Notes: generated by a model not told the origin, from the sequence alone. Numbered from the stretch's first letter, positions 43,197 to 53,486 are shown. The stretch is DNA of 64,000 bases from an uncultured Rhodobacteraceae bacterium (GCA_965656935.1 CBFHMG010000003.1:126870-190869), one strand, 5' to 3'. Made by a program: numbers and translations.

Positions 43197-44861
43197 TCAG
43201 TCGTGGCTTGGGTCGCGCCAGCGATTGGCGATGGGATAGCGCCGATCCAGCCAGAAGGCGCGTTCGGTAAGCCGTGCGCCCGGGGCGGATTGGAAGCGCT
43301 TGTATTCCGAGATGTAGATCAAATGCTCGATCTTTTTCACGGTGTCCCGATCATAGCCCATGGCCACGACATCCGCGACTGACGCGTCCTTGTCGATCAG
43401 CATGTCCAGCATCACGTCGAGGTCTTCATAAGGCGGCAGGCTGTCTTCGTCTTTTTGGTTGTCGCGCAGTTCCGCGGTGGGGGGCTTGTCGATCACGCGC
43501 GGGGGGATAACCTCGCCCGCGGGGGCCATCATCCACGGACGATGGTTTGCATTGCGCCAGCGGCAGGTTTCGAAAACGCGGGTTTTATAGAGGTCTTTGA
43601 TGGGGTTATAACCGCCCGCCATATCGCCATAGATCGTGGCATAGCCCACTGCGACCTCGGATTTATTGCCCGTGGTCAGCAGCATTTCCCCGAATTTATT
43701 CGACAAAGCCATCAGGGTTACACCGCGCAACCGTGACTGGATATTCTCTTCGGTGACATCTGGCTTGGTGCCTTCAAAAAGCGGCCCAAGCGCTGCTGAT
43801 ACGGCCTCATGCGGGCCTGTTATCGAAACGGTATCGAGCCGCGTGCCAAGCCTATGTGCAACATCGGCTGCATCATCCAGCGAGGTTTGCGAGGTATAGC
43901 GCGAGGGCAGCATCACACAGCGCACATTCTCGGGCCCGAGCGCATCCGCTGCGATGGCGGCGACAATGGCGGAATCGATCCCGCCGGACAGGCCAAGCAG
44001 AACTTTCCCAAAGCCTGTTTTGCGCATGTAGTCGCGCAGGGCCAAAACCATCGTGTGGTAATCAGCCTCCCATTCATCGGGCAGATGGGCCTTTTCGCCC
44101 TCGATGGCCTGCCAGCCCGCATCTCCACGCTCGAAATCGACATGGGTGATTGCCTCGGTAAAGGCGGGCATCTGGTGGGTCAAAACACCATGCGGGTTCA
44201 GCACGAAGCTTGCCCCGTCAAACACCTGATCATCCTGCCCGCCAAGCAGGTTGAGATAGACCAGCGGCAAGCCCGTTTCGATCACGCGGGAGACCATCAG
44301 GGATTGGCGCAGCCCGAATTTATTGCGGTGATAGGGCGAGCCATTGGGCACAACCAAAATCTCGGCACCCGATTCCATCAGCGTTTCGCAGACATCCTCA
44401 TGCCATGCATCTTCACAAATCGGGATGCCGACCCGCATTGGCCCGATCCGCACAGGCCCCGAGACATTGCCCGCGTGATAATAGCGCTTTTCATCGAAAA
44501 CGGAGGAATTGGGCAAGTGATGCTTGAGCAACTCTGCCGTGATCTTGCCGCCCTCAAGGATGTAATAGGCGTTGAAAGGCTTGTCGCCGCCAAGCATCGG
44601 CGCGCCAATGCCAAGGGCGGGGCCATCGGCACATTCGGCGGCCAATTCGTTCAAAATGCGGTGAGCATCGGCCGCGAAAGCGGGTTTGCGCACAAGGTCT
44701 TGCAACTGATATCCAGTCAGGAACATCTCGGGCAGGGCGATGAAATCAGCACCTGCCTCACGGGCTGTTTCCCATGCGGCTTTGGCCTTTGCAGCATTGC
44801 CTGCAAGGTCTCCGACGGTTGCGTTCAATTGCGCAAGGCTCAGGCGGAAGCGGTCGGCCAT
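43197..44861 (-). CDS. nadE: Glutamine-dependent NAD+ synthetase
   Basis: N-terminal CN-hydrolase domain (ALPEMFLTGY, IPICEDAW) and C-terminal synthetase domain with SGGIDS. Confidence 0.92.
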   Translation of the reverse strand: MADRFRLSLAQLNATVGDLAGNAAKAKAAWETAREAGADFIALPEMFLTGYQLQDLVRKPAFAADAHRILNELAAECADGPALGIGAPMLGGDKPFNAYYILEGGKITAELLKHHLPNSSVFDEKRYYHAGNVSGPVRIGPMRVGIPICEDAWHEDVCETLMESGAEILVVPNGSPYHRNKFGLRQSLMVSRVIETGLPLVYLNLLGGQDDQVFDGASFVLNPHGVLTHQMPAFTEAITHVDFERGDAGWQAIEGEKAHLPDEWEADYHTMVLALRDYMRKTGFGKVLLGLSGGIDSAIVAAIAADALGPENVRCVMLPSRYTSQTSLDDAADVAHRLGTRLDTVSITGPHEAVSAALGPLFEGTKPDVTEENIQSRLRGVTLMALSNKFGEMLLTTGNKSEVAVGYATIYGDMAGGYNPIKDLYKTRVFETCRWRNANHRPWMMAPAGEVIPPRVIDKPPTAELRDNQKDEDSLPPYEDLDVMLDMLIDKDASVADVVAMGYDRDTVKKIEHLIYISEYKRFQSAPGARLTERAFWLDRRYPIANRWRDPSHD

Positions 44862-44993
44862 TTATGGGGCTGCCTTTCGATTGGGTCAGTCGCTTCTTAG
44901 CAGATCATGGCCCAAGGCCAAGACGCTGTGGTCAAAAGCCATTGCGGGTGGTCTATGGGTCACTTAGATTTGGTTCAATGGAATTTTGACCCC

Positions 44994-46586
44994 ATGACGG
45001 AGGATCACGTGCAAGAACGCAATCGCGGCACAATTTGGCAAGGGGCTCGTCTGGGGCTTGTGGCGGCATTTTTTGCCTTGCCCCTTCACGCACAAGAAGA
45101 CGCAACGCGCGTCGATGTGCAGCAATATGACAATGGCGGCATTTACGAGGGTGAATTCCGCAATGGTATCCAGCATGGCACTGGCACCTATCGTTTGCCC
45201 AATGGCTATGAATACACGGGCGAATGGGTCGATGGTGAAATCCGCGGCCAAGGGCGCGCGGTATTCCCTGATGGCTCGGTCTATGAGGGCAGCTTTGTTG
45301 CGGGCCAGCCCGAAGGGTTTGGCGCGATCTCCTTTGGAGATGGCTCCAGCTATGAGGGCGAATGGGTTGGCGGGCGGATCAATGGATCGGGCATCGCCTA
45401 TTACAGCAATGGCGTGAGCTATGAGGGCGAATTCCTCAATTCGCTGCATCACGGGCAAGGCACCATGATGAACCCTGACGGCTACCGCTATGAGGGAGCT
45501 TGGGTCAACGGTTTGAAAGAGGGTCAGGGCCGCATCACCTATCCTGACGGCGCGGTTTATGAGGGCAGCTTTGTTGCGGGCCAGCGCGCGGGGCAGGGAC
45601 GCCTCGAGATGGCGGATGGTATGGTCTATGACGGCCAATGGGCCGAGGGCCAGATCAATGGCACGGGTCTTTTGACACAAACCAATGGCGACAGCTATGA
45701 AGGCGAATTGGTCAACGGACAGCGCCAAGGCCAAGGCGTCGTGCGCTACAGCAATGGCGATGTCTATGAGGGTGAATTCCTCGAGGATCGGCGCCATGGT
45801 CAAGGCAGTTTCACAGGCTCCGAGGGCTATAGCTATGTCGGGGAATGGACCGATGGCCGCATCGAAGGGCAGGGTCTGGTGACCTATCCTGACGGATCAA
45901 TTTATGAAGGCCAGTTCCGCAATGATGTGGCGCATGGCACAGGCAAAATCACCTATCCTGACGGCTCCACCTATGAGGGCGATTGGGCCGATGGTGTGAT
46001 CCAAGGCTTTGGGATCGCAAGCTATACCAATGGGCTGATTTATGAGGGGCAGTTCCTCAATGCGGTCCAGCATGGCCAAGGCGTCATGACATTGCCGCGC
46101 GAGGCATCCGACACCGACACCGATAGCGCAGGCGCTGAGCCCCAGTTCGAGTATCGCTATGAAGGGGCTTGGGAAGACGGGCTCCGCCATGGGCAGGGCA
46201 TTGCGACCTATGCCGATGGAACCTCCTATGAGGGCGGTTTCGAGGAAGGTCAGCGCAACGGGCAAGGCGTTTTGGTGATGGCCGATGGCTTCCGCTATGA
46301 AGGCGAATGGCAGGATGGCGAAATGAACGGCGCGGGTATCGCGACCTACTCCAGTGGTGATGTCTATGAGGGCAATTTCGTCAGCGGGCGGCGGCAGGGC
46401 GATGGCACAATGCGCTATGCCACGGGTGAGGTTGCCGAAGGTGAATGGGAAGATGGCAGGCTGAATTCCGCAAGCGAGGATGCGCCTGCGTCCGAGCCTG
46501 TGCCTGAGCCTGAGCCTGTGACCACTCAGCAGGCCCCCGATGTCCCGACCGAAGCGCCAGCCGAGATTCCGGCAGAAACCCAATAA
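44994..46586 (+). CDS. Secreted MORN-repeat protein
   Basis: Signal-like WQGARLGLVAAFFALPLHAQ, then 19 consecutive Y-x-G-x-(W/F)-x-x-G-x-x-x-G-x-G units that I counted by eye, and a P/E/A-rich tail. ATG 44994 is preferred. Confidence 0.85.
   Translation: MTEDHVQERNRGTIWQGARLGLVAAFFALPLHAQEDATRVDVQQYDNGGIYEGEFRNGIQHGTGTYRLPNGYEYTGEWVDGEIRGQGRAVFPDGSVYEGSFVAGQPEGFGAISFGDGSSYEGEWVGGRINGSGIAYYSNGVSYEGEFLNSLHHGQGTMMNPDGYRYEGAWVNGLKEGQGRITYPDGAVYEGSFVAGQRAGQGRLEMADGMVYDGQWAEGQINGTGLLTQTNGDSYEGELVNGQRQGQGVVRYSNGDVYEGEFLEDRRHGQGSFTGSEGYSYVGEWTDGRIEGQGLVTYPDGSIYEGQFRNDVAHGTGKITYPDGSTYEGDWADGVIQGFGIASYTNGLIYEGQFLNAVQHGQGVMTLPREASDTDTDSAGAEPQFEYRYEGAWEDGLRHGQGIATYADGTSYEGGFEEGQRNGQGVLVMADGFRYEGEWQDGEMNGAGIATYSSGDVYEGNFVSGRRQGDGTMRYATGEVAEGEWEDGRLNSASEDAPASEPVPEPEPVTTQQAPDVPTEAPAEIPAETQ
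45144..46470 (+). repeat. Tandem coding repeat: 19 MORN units of 23 codons (69 bp), one interrupted
   Basis: Units such as YEGEFRNGIQHGTGTYRLPNGYE and YTGEWVDGEIRGQGRAVFPDGSV recur. Unit 14 carries an acidic insertion of about 16 aa (REASDTDTDSAGAEPQFE). Confidence 0.85.
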
Positions 46587-46620
46587 AAAAGGCGAAACCC
46601 AGTATCAGGGTTCCGCCTTT
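46585..46620. terminator. Bidirectional terminator between the MORN gene and sat/cysC
   Basis: ggcgaaaccc/gggttccgcc stem (one mismatch) flanked by aaaaaa and ttt. Confidence 0.65.
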
Positions 46621-46643
46621 GAATAGTTGAAGGTTGATCGCCC

Positions 46644-48353
46644 TTAATTGCCGGTGATCAGACCCATGCTTTCAAGCTTCAGCAGAACCTGCTGTGCGCA
46701 GTAATCCACCTCGGAGCCTACGGTATCAAGCCTCAGCTCGGGCGTTTCGGGTTCTTCATAAGGGTCCGAGATGCCTGTGAATTCCTTGATCTTACCTTCA
46801 CGGGCCAGCTTGTAGAGGCCTTTACGGTCACGGCGTTCGCATTCCTCAAGGCTGGTTGCGACATGAATTTCTACAAAGGCCCCGAAATCCTCAACCATTT
46901 CGCGCACCGAGCGGCGGGTGGCCGTATAAGGCGCGATCGGCGCACAGATTGCGATGCCGCCATTCTTGGTGATCTCGGAAGCGACATAGCCGATCCGGCG
47001 AATATTGATATCGCGGTGTTCCTTGGAGAAGCCAAGCTCGGATGACAGATGCTTGCGCACCACATCGCCATCCAGAAGCGTCACAGGGCGGCCGCCCATC
47101 TCCATCAATTTGACCATGATCGCATTGGCGATGGTCGATTTGCCCGAGCCTGACAGCCCTGTGAAAAATACGGTGAAGCCCTGTTTGGACCGCGCAGGGC
47201 GCGTGCGGCGCAGCTCCGAGACAACCTCGGGAAAGCTGAACCATTCAGGAATTTCTAAACCTTCAGCCAAACGGCGGCGCAGCTCAGTGCCCGAGATATC
47301 GAGAACGGTTGTGCCCTCGGGAACCTCGTTTGCGGGGTAATACTGGGCGCGTTCCTGCACATAGACCATATGCTTGAAATCAACCATCTCGAGGCCGATT
47401 TCTTCTTCATGTTCCTTGAACAGAACCTGCGCGTCATAGGGGCCGTAGAAATCCTCGCCCTTTGAGTTCTTACCTGGGCCCGCATGATCGCGGCCCACGA
47501 TGAAATGCGAGCAACCATGGTTTTTGCGGATCAGCCCGTGCCAGACGGCCTCACGCGGGCCAGCCATGCGCATGGCAAGGTTCAGTAGGCTCATCGTGGT
47601 GGTGGCGGCGGGGTATTTATCCAGAACCGCCTCATAACAGCGCACGCGGGTAAAATGATCCACATCGCCCGGTTTTGTCATGCCGACAACGGGGTTGATC
47701 AGCAGGTTGGCCTGCGCCTCTTTCGCGGCGCGGAAGGTCAGTTCCTGATGCGCGCGGTGCAAGGGGTTGCGGGTCTGGAAGGCAACGATGCGGCGCCAGC
47801 CGAGCTTGCGGAAGTAGGCGCGCAATTCATTGGGCGTGTCGCGGCGGGCGCGGAAATCATAATGGGTGGGGGGCTGGATGCCCGTAATCGCACCGCCCAG
47901 ATAAACGGGGCCCGCAACATGGTGTAGGTAATTCACCGCAGGATGGGCGATGTCATCGGCCCCGAAAACCTTCTCGGCCTCGCGCGCTTTATTGGGAACC
48001 CATTTATCCGAGATCGACAGGATCGCGAGGATCACACCTTCTTGGTCGCGAAGGGCGATATCTTTGCCCGTTTCGATCGTGTCGGCGAAACTCTCGGATA
48101 CATCAAGGGTGATGGGCATGGGCCAAAGCGTGCCATCCGCCAGACGCATCGTCTCGACAACGCTGTCGTAATTTTCCTGCCCGAGGAACCCTTTGAGCGG
48201 GTTGAACCCGCCATTCATCAGCAGTTCCAGATCGCAAATCTGGCGCGGGGTCAGATCCCAAGAAGGCAGCTCGGCCGCTTCGAGTTTCAGCTTCTGGGCG
48301 CTGTCATAGGAGACATAGAGTTCGGGGATCGGGGCGTGGTGCGGCATGGCCAT
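46644..48353 (-). CDS. Bifunctional sulfate adenylyltransferase / adenylylsulfate kinase
   Basis: ATP-sulfurylase motifs QTRNPLHRAHQEL and VGRDHAG, plus a C-terminal APS-kinase P-loop FTGLSGSGKSTIA. The start is 48353 or 48347. Confidence 0.9.
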   Translation of the reverse strand: MAMPHHAPIPELYVSYDSAQKLKLEAAELPSWDLTPRQICDLELLMNGGFNPLKGFLGQENYDSVVETMRLADGTLWPMPITLDVSESFADTIETGKDIALRDQEGVILAILSISDKWVPNKAREAEKVFGADDIAHPAVNYLHHVAGPVYLGGAITGIQPPTHYDFRARRDTPNELRAYFRKLGWRRIVAFQTRNPLHRAHQELTFRAAKEAQANLLINPVVGMTKPGDVDHFTRVRCYEAVLDKYPAATTTMSLLNLAMRMAGPREAVWHGLIRKNHGCSHFIVGRDHAGPGKNSKGEDFYGPYDAQVLFKEHEEEIGLEMVDFKHMVYVQERAQYYPANEVPEGTTVLDISGTELRRRLAEGLEIPEWFSFPEVVSELRRTRPARSKQGFTVFFTGLSGSGKSTIANAIMVKLMEMGGRPVTLLDGDVVRKHLSSELGFSKEHRDINIRRIGYVASEITKNGGIAICAPIAPYTATRRSVREMVEDFGAFVEIHVATSLEECERRDRKGLYKLAREGKIKEFTGISDPYEEPETPELRLDTVGSEVDYCAQQVLLKLESMGLITGN

Positions 48354-48558
48354 GAGGCGTGTATCCAAATCAGTATCAATTAAGGGCAAATTGGCGCGCA
48401 AACGGGCGGCACCACGGGCTCTCTAACGTCTCAATATGGCCAGATTCAAGCTTGGGCGTGTTGCTTTTAGGGAATTGAGAGGAAGCGTTCCAAATTTACC
48501 CCATCCCGCGAACGCAAGTTCGCAGGATGTGTCACGCCTTGGAACATCGGGTTAGCCC

Positions 48559-49509
48559 TTAGGCGTCGCCATCAAGCTCGGCGAGGTATTTTTCGGCATC
48601 AAGGGCCGCCATGCAGCCCATTCCCGCGCTGGTGACCGCTTGGCGGTAGACATCATCGGTCAGATCGCCTGCCGCAAACACACCCTTGATCGAGGTGCGT
48701 GTGGTGCCTGGTTCCACCTTCACATAGCCACCATTTTGCAGCTCGAGCTGGTCTTTGATCAACTCGCTTGCAGGGGCATGACCGATTGCCACAAAGAAGC
48801 CTTTGCAGGGAATCTCGGTAATCGCGCCTGTTTCGACATGTTTGGCACGCACCGCTTCAACGCCGCGCGGATTGTCGCCGCCGACCACCTCATCGATGGA
48901 GTGATCCCACAGGATTTCCACCTTCGGGTTCTTAAAGAGACGTTCCTGCATGATTTTCTCGGCGCGCAGGCTGTCGCGGCGGTGCACAAGCGTAACCTTG
49001 GAAGCGAAATTCGTCAGAAACAGCGCCTCTTCTACGGCGGTGTTGCCGCCGCCGATCACGACAACCTCTTGTCCACGATAGAAAAAACCGTCGCAGGTGG
49101 CGCAGGCCGAGACGCCAAAGCCTTTGAAATGTTCCTCAGAAGGAAGGCCAAGCCATTTGGCCTGTGCGCCTGTGCAAAGAACAATCGCATCGGCGGTATA
49201 GGTCGTGCCTGTATCGCCTTTCGCGGTAAAGGGGCGGTTCTGAAGATCAAGGCTTGTGATATGGTCCGAGATGATCTCGGTGCCCATTTCGCGGGCATGG
49301 CTTTCCATGCGCACCATAAGATCGGGGCCCATAACGCTTGCATCACCTGGCCAGTTTTCAACATCGGTCGTGATGGTCAGCTGCCCGCCTGGCTGGATGC
49401 CTTGCACAAGGATCGGCTCCAGCATCGCGCGGCTGGCGTAAACAGCGGCCGTATAACCAGCAGGGCCGGAGCCGATGATCAAAAGGCGGGTATGTCGGGT
49501 CTCGGACAT
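48559..49509 (-). CDS. trxB: Thioredoxin-disulfide reductase
   Basis: [12 protein letters not shown], redox centre CATCDG and [13 protein letters not shown] 49509; the 399-aa track ORF extension is rejected. Confidence 0.93.
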   Translation of the reverse strand: MSETRHTRLLIIGSGPAGYTAAVYASRAMLEPILVQGIQPGGQLTITTDVENWPGDASVMGPDLMVRMESHAREMGTEIISDHITSLDLQNRPFTAKGDTGTTYTADAIVLCTGAQAKWLGLPSEEHFKGFGVSACATCDGFFYRGQEVVVIGGGNTAVEEALFLTNFASKVTLVHRRDSLRAEKIMQERLFKNPKVEILWDHSIDEVVGGDNPRGVEAVRAKHVETGAITEIPCKGFFVAIGHAPASELIKDQLELQNGGYVKVEPGTTRTSIKGVFAAGDLTDDVYRQAVTSAGMGCMAALDAEKYLAELDGDA

Positions 49510-49723
49510 GGCAGTGTTCCTTGCATCTTGCGCAGGCCCCATGACCCGCGCGACGTAACTATGGGCTTTCCTCGGATATAGCCACCTGTCCTCCGAGTGG
49601 AAAGCCCTGCGAGAGCCTTGCATTCGCAGGGTTCCTATTCCATATATTGCGCAGTTCTGAAATAAAGTTGCGCAACGGACCCGCGTGTTGATTATTTCTG
49701 AAAACCCTTGGAGAGTGACCAAT

Positions 49724-50227
49724 ATGTCAACGAGCAAACTCGACCCGATTGACCGCAAGATTCTGGCCGAGCTTCAGGATGACGGGCGCATGACCAATGT
49801 GGAACTTGCCAAACGGGTTGGTATCTCTGCGCCACCTTGCTTGCGCCGTGTGCGCACCTTGGAAGAGGCGGGGTATATCAAGGGCTATCACGCTGAGGTC
49901 GATGCGCGCCAATTGGGATTCGAAGTGCAGGTATTTGCCATGGTCGGGCTTCATAGCCAAGCCGAGGCTGATCTTGTCGCGTTCGAGGAGCGTTGCGGGT
50001 CATGGCCCTTTGTTCGGGAATGTCACATGCTCAACGGGGAGATCGATTTCATCCTCAAATGCGTGGCGCCTGATTTATCGACCTTCCAAAGCTTTCTGAC
50101 TGAACATCTGACATCGGCTCCGAATGTGGCCAGTGTGCGCACATCTTTGGTGATCCGTGGTGCCAAGGATGAACCGGGCGTGCCCTTTGATGTCATGGAA
50201 GAGCGCTTGAGCCGCGCAGCAACCTGA
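49724..50227 (+). CDS. lrp: Lrp/AsnC-family transcriptional regulator
   Basis: [47 protein letters not shown] followed by an RAM/AsnC_trans_reg domain. Confidence 0.88.
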   Translation: MSTSKLDPIDRKILAELQDDGRMTNVELAKRVGISAPPCLRRVRTLEEAGYIKGYHAEVDARQLGFEVQVFAMVGLHSQAEADLVAFEERCGSWPFVRECHMLNGEIDFILKCVAPDLSTFQSFLTEHLTSAPNVASVRTSLVIRGAKDEPGVPFDVMEERLSRAAT

Positions 50228-50258
50228 TCGCAAAATCTCTGTCGTCTAAATGAAAGAA

Positions 50259-50277
50259 GGCGGCCATTCTGGCCGCC
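50259..50277. terminator. Hairpin terminator serving the small minus-strand ORF (and possibly lrp)
   Basis: ggcggcc/ggccgcc stem with loop attct. On the minus strand it is followed by TTCTTTCATTT. Confidence 0.55.
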
Positions 50278-50304
50278 CCTTCGCAAGCATTCGCTTGTTC
50301 TAAA

Positions 50305-50439
50305 TTAGCTGGCTTGTTGAAATTCTTCCAACGCGACCTCTTCGCGGCGTTTTGCGCGCAGCTCACGGGCCCACGGCATCTCGATTTGGTCCTTCTTGGA
50401 TTCTTCCAAAACTGCCTGCATCCAACGACGTGTTTTCAT
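50305..50439 (-). CDS. Unannotated 44-aa highly charged small protein (hypothetical)
   Basis: Below the track's size cutoff. My translation is MKTRRWMQAVLEESKKDQIEMPWARELRAKRREEVALEEFQQAS. AGGAA lies 7 nt upstream of the ATG, and the terminator hairpin begins about 28 nt past the stop. Confidence 0.45.
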   Translation of the reverse strand: MKTRRWMQAVLEESKKDQIEMPWARELRAKRREEVALEEFQQAS

Positions 50440-50729
50440 TGTCTTGTTCCTATTCAACTGCTGAGCGACCATTCGGTCTTTTGTTTCTGACTTGCAGATA
50501 ATTTGCTTCAGCTTTCAGGCAGTCTTGCGACCAAGATCATAATATTCGGTAAATACTTGGGGCATTTCTGTGGCGATCATTCCGCCTTATTTTACGGGTA
50601 TTTTATGAAAATTTTCGAGGTTGGCGTGATGCGATTGGGGCAAGCCCGTGGCGCGGTCTGCCGCCAAGGTGCCGCAATCTTTCGCGGGACTTCGCCAAGT
50701 TGGGCATCTTTGCCCGAATCTGGCCACCC

Positions 50730-51506
50730 CTAGAGTCGAATCGCCGAGATCAGACGACCGTAATCCGCTTCCTTGCGATGCACGGAGCGGCGGAACGAAA
50801 AGAAGCGGGTATCATCGGAATAAGTGCAGTGCCGCGTCCATTCCGCATCCCCGATGCCTGCGGCGCGCAGGCGCATTAAACCATAGGCTGGAAGATCGAA
50901 CATATATTTCCCCGCCTCTTTGCCATTTGCAAAGAAGCGCGCATTGTCAGGGTCATCATCATAGAAGCGCTCGAAAAACTCCTCGCCGACTTCATAGGTG
51001 GCTTGGCTGATCGAGGGGCCGATTGTAGCATAAATATTCTCGCGCGTCGCGCCAAGCGCGATCATTTGATCGATGGTTTGGTCCAAGACGCCATCCAGTG
51101 CACCGCGCCAGCCTGCATGGGCTGCTCCGATGACGCGGGCTTTCGTATCGGCAAAAAGGACGGGCTGGCAATCGGCGGTCAAAATCGCAATCGCTGTGCC
51201 GGGGGTGGCAGTGACTAGGCCGTCCGCCTTCGGTTTGGTGGCGGGTTGCTCCGTGTCGGCCACAACCACATCGGCGGAATGGGTCTGGTGGATGGTAAAG
51301 AGCCGCTCAATCGGCACCTCCATCGCATCGGCCACGCGTTGCCTGTTGGTCTCCACAATCCCTGCCTGATCAGAGGAGCCTGGCCCGCAATTCAACCCTT
51401 CAAATATGCCTGATGATGCGCCACCGCGACGGGTGAAAAACCCGTGATGCGTTCCCTCAAGCAAAGGCGAGGAGATCATTTCCAGTTTGAGAGAGTGTGG
51501 GCACAT
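50730..51506 (-). CDS. pgeF: Peptidoglycan editing factor PgeF (YfiH/laccase-domain protein)
   Basis: HGFFTRRGG.S, IHQTHS, ILTADC.P and AHAGWRG. The start is uncertain (51506 or 51479). Confidence 0.88.
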   Translation of the reverse strand: MCPHSLKLEMISSPLLEGTHHGFFTRRGGASSGIFEGLNCGPGSSDQAGIVETNRQRVADAMEVPIERLFTIHQTHSADVVVADTEQPATKPKADGLVTATPGTAIAILTADCQPVLFADTKARVIGAAHAGWRGALDGVLDQTIDQMIALGATRENIYATIGPSISQATYEVGEEFFERFYDDDPDNARFFANGKEAGKYMFDLPAYGLMRLRAAGIGDAEWTRHCTYSDDTRFFSFRRSVHRKEADYGRLISAIRL

Positions 51507-51513
51507 GGTCTCG

Positions 51514-52578
51514 CTACACGTCTAGGGCAGGGGGCAGGGGAGTGGAGGCTGGCGTCAGGGCGAGCACTTTAAACAGGTTCCCCATTTCTTCGGGATGGGT
51601 CAACCGCCTATGTGCGGCGATATGGGTATTCAGGGCTTCGCCACTTAGGGCCGCGGCCAGCGTTTGCGCGCGTTGCGTGATGCCGAGACGTTCCAGAAAC
51701 ACGCCCTGCGCTGTGAGCTTCGAGGCCCGCGCGGGCTGTGCGGCCTGTGCCAAAGGCCCGAAGGCTACATGGGCGGTCAGATCAACAAGGCCCGGCTCTT
51801 CCAGCGGGTCGGTATAGGCATGGGTTTTGACAGCCTGAAAGGTGTTTTCGCGGCTCAGCGCATCGCCATAATCGATGATCAAACCCGCGCCACCATGGTC
51901 GGCAATCCTGCGCCCGATATCTTCTGCGATCGCCTCGGAGGCGGGGTTGAGCTCGATGATCTGCCCCTCTTCCGTGTCGGCAAGCCGGTGCTGGAGGGGC
52001 GGGATGGCGCCTTCTGGGCCAAGGCCCCAATGCAGCGCCCCGTCTTTTGCGCCAATCAGACGCTCGCGCCATGCGTTCCCGCTGCGCTGGAATTGCCGAA
52101 TGGGCAGGGCATCGAAGAACTCGTTGGCGACAAGGAACAGCGGGCCTTCGGGCAAATCGGCGACGGATAGGTGATGGGTGATGTCATGCCCCTGCAAAGC
52201 CTTACTTTGGGCCTTTTGCAAGATTGGCGAGGCCTCTATCAGATGAAGCTGCATCGCATCATGGAAGCCCTGCACAGCTGCTGTTGCGCGCAAGATATCT
52301 GCCATCAAGGTGCCACGGCCTGGGCCAAGCTCGGCCAGATAAAAGGGCTTGGGCGCGCCTTGGTCCAGCCAGACTTGCGCCAGCCACAGCCCGATCACCT
52401 CGCCAAACATCTGGGAAATCTCGGGCGCGGTGATGAAATCGCCCTTTGCCCCGACCGAGCTTTGTGTCGTGTAATAGCCATGCTTTGGGTGCAGCAGGCA
52501 CTCGGCCATATATTCAGCGACATTCAGCGGGCCGGACTGTTCGATCCGCCGCAGCAAGGACTCCTTCAGCGCCGTCAT
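51514..52578 (-). CDS. NDUFAF7-like class I SAM-dependent methyltransferase (DUF185)
   Basis: YY......[16 protein letters not shown] and [12 protein letters not shown]. Confidence 0.8.
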   Translation of the reverse strand: MTALKESLLRRIEQSGPLNVAEYMAECLLHPKHGYYTTQSSVGAKGDFITAPEISQMFGEVIGLWLAQVWLDQGAPKPFYLAELGPGRGTLMADILRATAAVQGFHDAMQLHLIEASPILQKAQSKALQGHDITHHLSVADLPEGPLFLVANEFFDALPIRQFQRSGNAWRERLIGAKDGALHWGLGPEGAIPPLQHRLADTEEGQIIELNPASEAIAEDIGRRIADHGGAGLIIDYGDALSRENTFQAVKTHAYTDPLEEPGLVDLTAHVAFGPLAQAAQPARASKLTAQGVFLERLGITQRAQTLAAALSGEALNTHIAAHRRLTHPEEMGNLFKVLALTPASTPLPPALDV

Positions 52579-53486
52579 CGCGCCGCCCGTCTGACATAGA
52601 TAATCAGCGCAATCCCCATCAGCAGCATCGGCAGCGACAGGATTTGCCCCATCGTCAATCCGACTGTGTCACTCATCCAGATTGCATAGCCACGCGGATG
52701 GTTTTCAAAGAATTGCAGATCAGGTTGGCGGAAATATTCAACGATGAACCGTGACAGCCCATAGCCCGCAAAGAACAGCCCAATGGTCTGGCCCGGAATT
52801 TTCAGCCAACCACGGCGATACACCAGCCAAAGCAGAATCGCGAAAAGGATCAGGCCCTCAAGGGCGGCCTCATAGAGTTGTGACGGGTGACGTGCGCAGA
52901 GCGTTTGCCAAGCCCGCTCGATCAAGCCCTCAGGGCCGGGGCAGGTTTGGGCGGCCTCTCCGGGGAAGATCACACCCCATGGCATATCTGTGGGGCGGCC
53001 CCATAATTCGGCATTGATGAAATTGGCGATACGGCCAAAAAACAGCCCCGGTGCGGCTGACATGGCCACGGCATCCCCGAGGCTGAGCGCGGGGATATTA
53101 TTGAGCCGCGCAAAGCCGTATCCCGCGACGACAACGCCTAAAAGGCCGCCGTGAAAGGCCATGCCGCCTTGCCAGACTTTCAGGATATCGATCGGGTTTT
53201 GCAGGTAATAGGCGGGCTGATAAAACAGCACAAAGCCAAGCCGCCCCCCCAAGATCACCCCGAGGATCATCCAAGTCAGAAGCGACTCGACCTGTTCCTT
53301 GGTCATGGGGGGGGTGTTGTCGCGCCACAGATCGGCCCGCGCCATCAGCCTGACCACCAGCCACCATGCCAGCAGCAGGCCCGCGATATAGGCCAGCGCA
53401 TACCACCGCAGCGCAAACTCGAACCCGCCTATCGAGATCGCGAAAATCTCGGGCGAGAGGTCGGGAAAGGGGATCGCGGTGTTCAT
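52575..53486 (-). CDS. lgt: Prolipoprotein diacylglyceryl transferase
   Basis: Polytopic membrane protein. [32 protein letters not shown] and [12 protein letters not shown] overlap with the downstream gene. Confidence 0.92.
   Translation of the reverse strand: MNTAIPFPDLSPEIFAISIGGFEFALRWYALAYIAGLLLAWWLVVRLMARADLWRDNTPPMTKEQVESLLTWMILGVILGGRLGFVLFYQPAYYLQNPIDILKVWQGGMAFHGGLLGVVVAGYGFARLNNIPALSLGDAVAMSAAPGLFFGRIANFINAELWGRPTDMPWGVIFPGEAAQTCPGPEGLIERAWQTLCARHPSQLYEAALEGLILFAILLWLVYRRGWLKIPGQTIGLFFAGYGLSRFIVEYFRQPDLQFFENHPRGYAIWMSDTVGLTMGQILSLPMLLMGIALIIYVRRAAR

Noticed and set aside
44964-46583. Minus-strand ORFs (279 aa and 228 aa) and a regular 69-bp periodicity that could superficially suggest a repeat array or CRISPR
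   Set aside because: The periodicity is the coding MORN repeat. The units are divergent at the DNA level, there are no conserved direct repeats with unique spacers, and the antisense ORFs merely inherit the periodicity.
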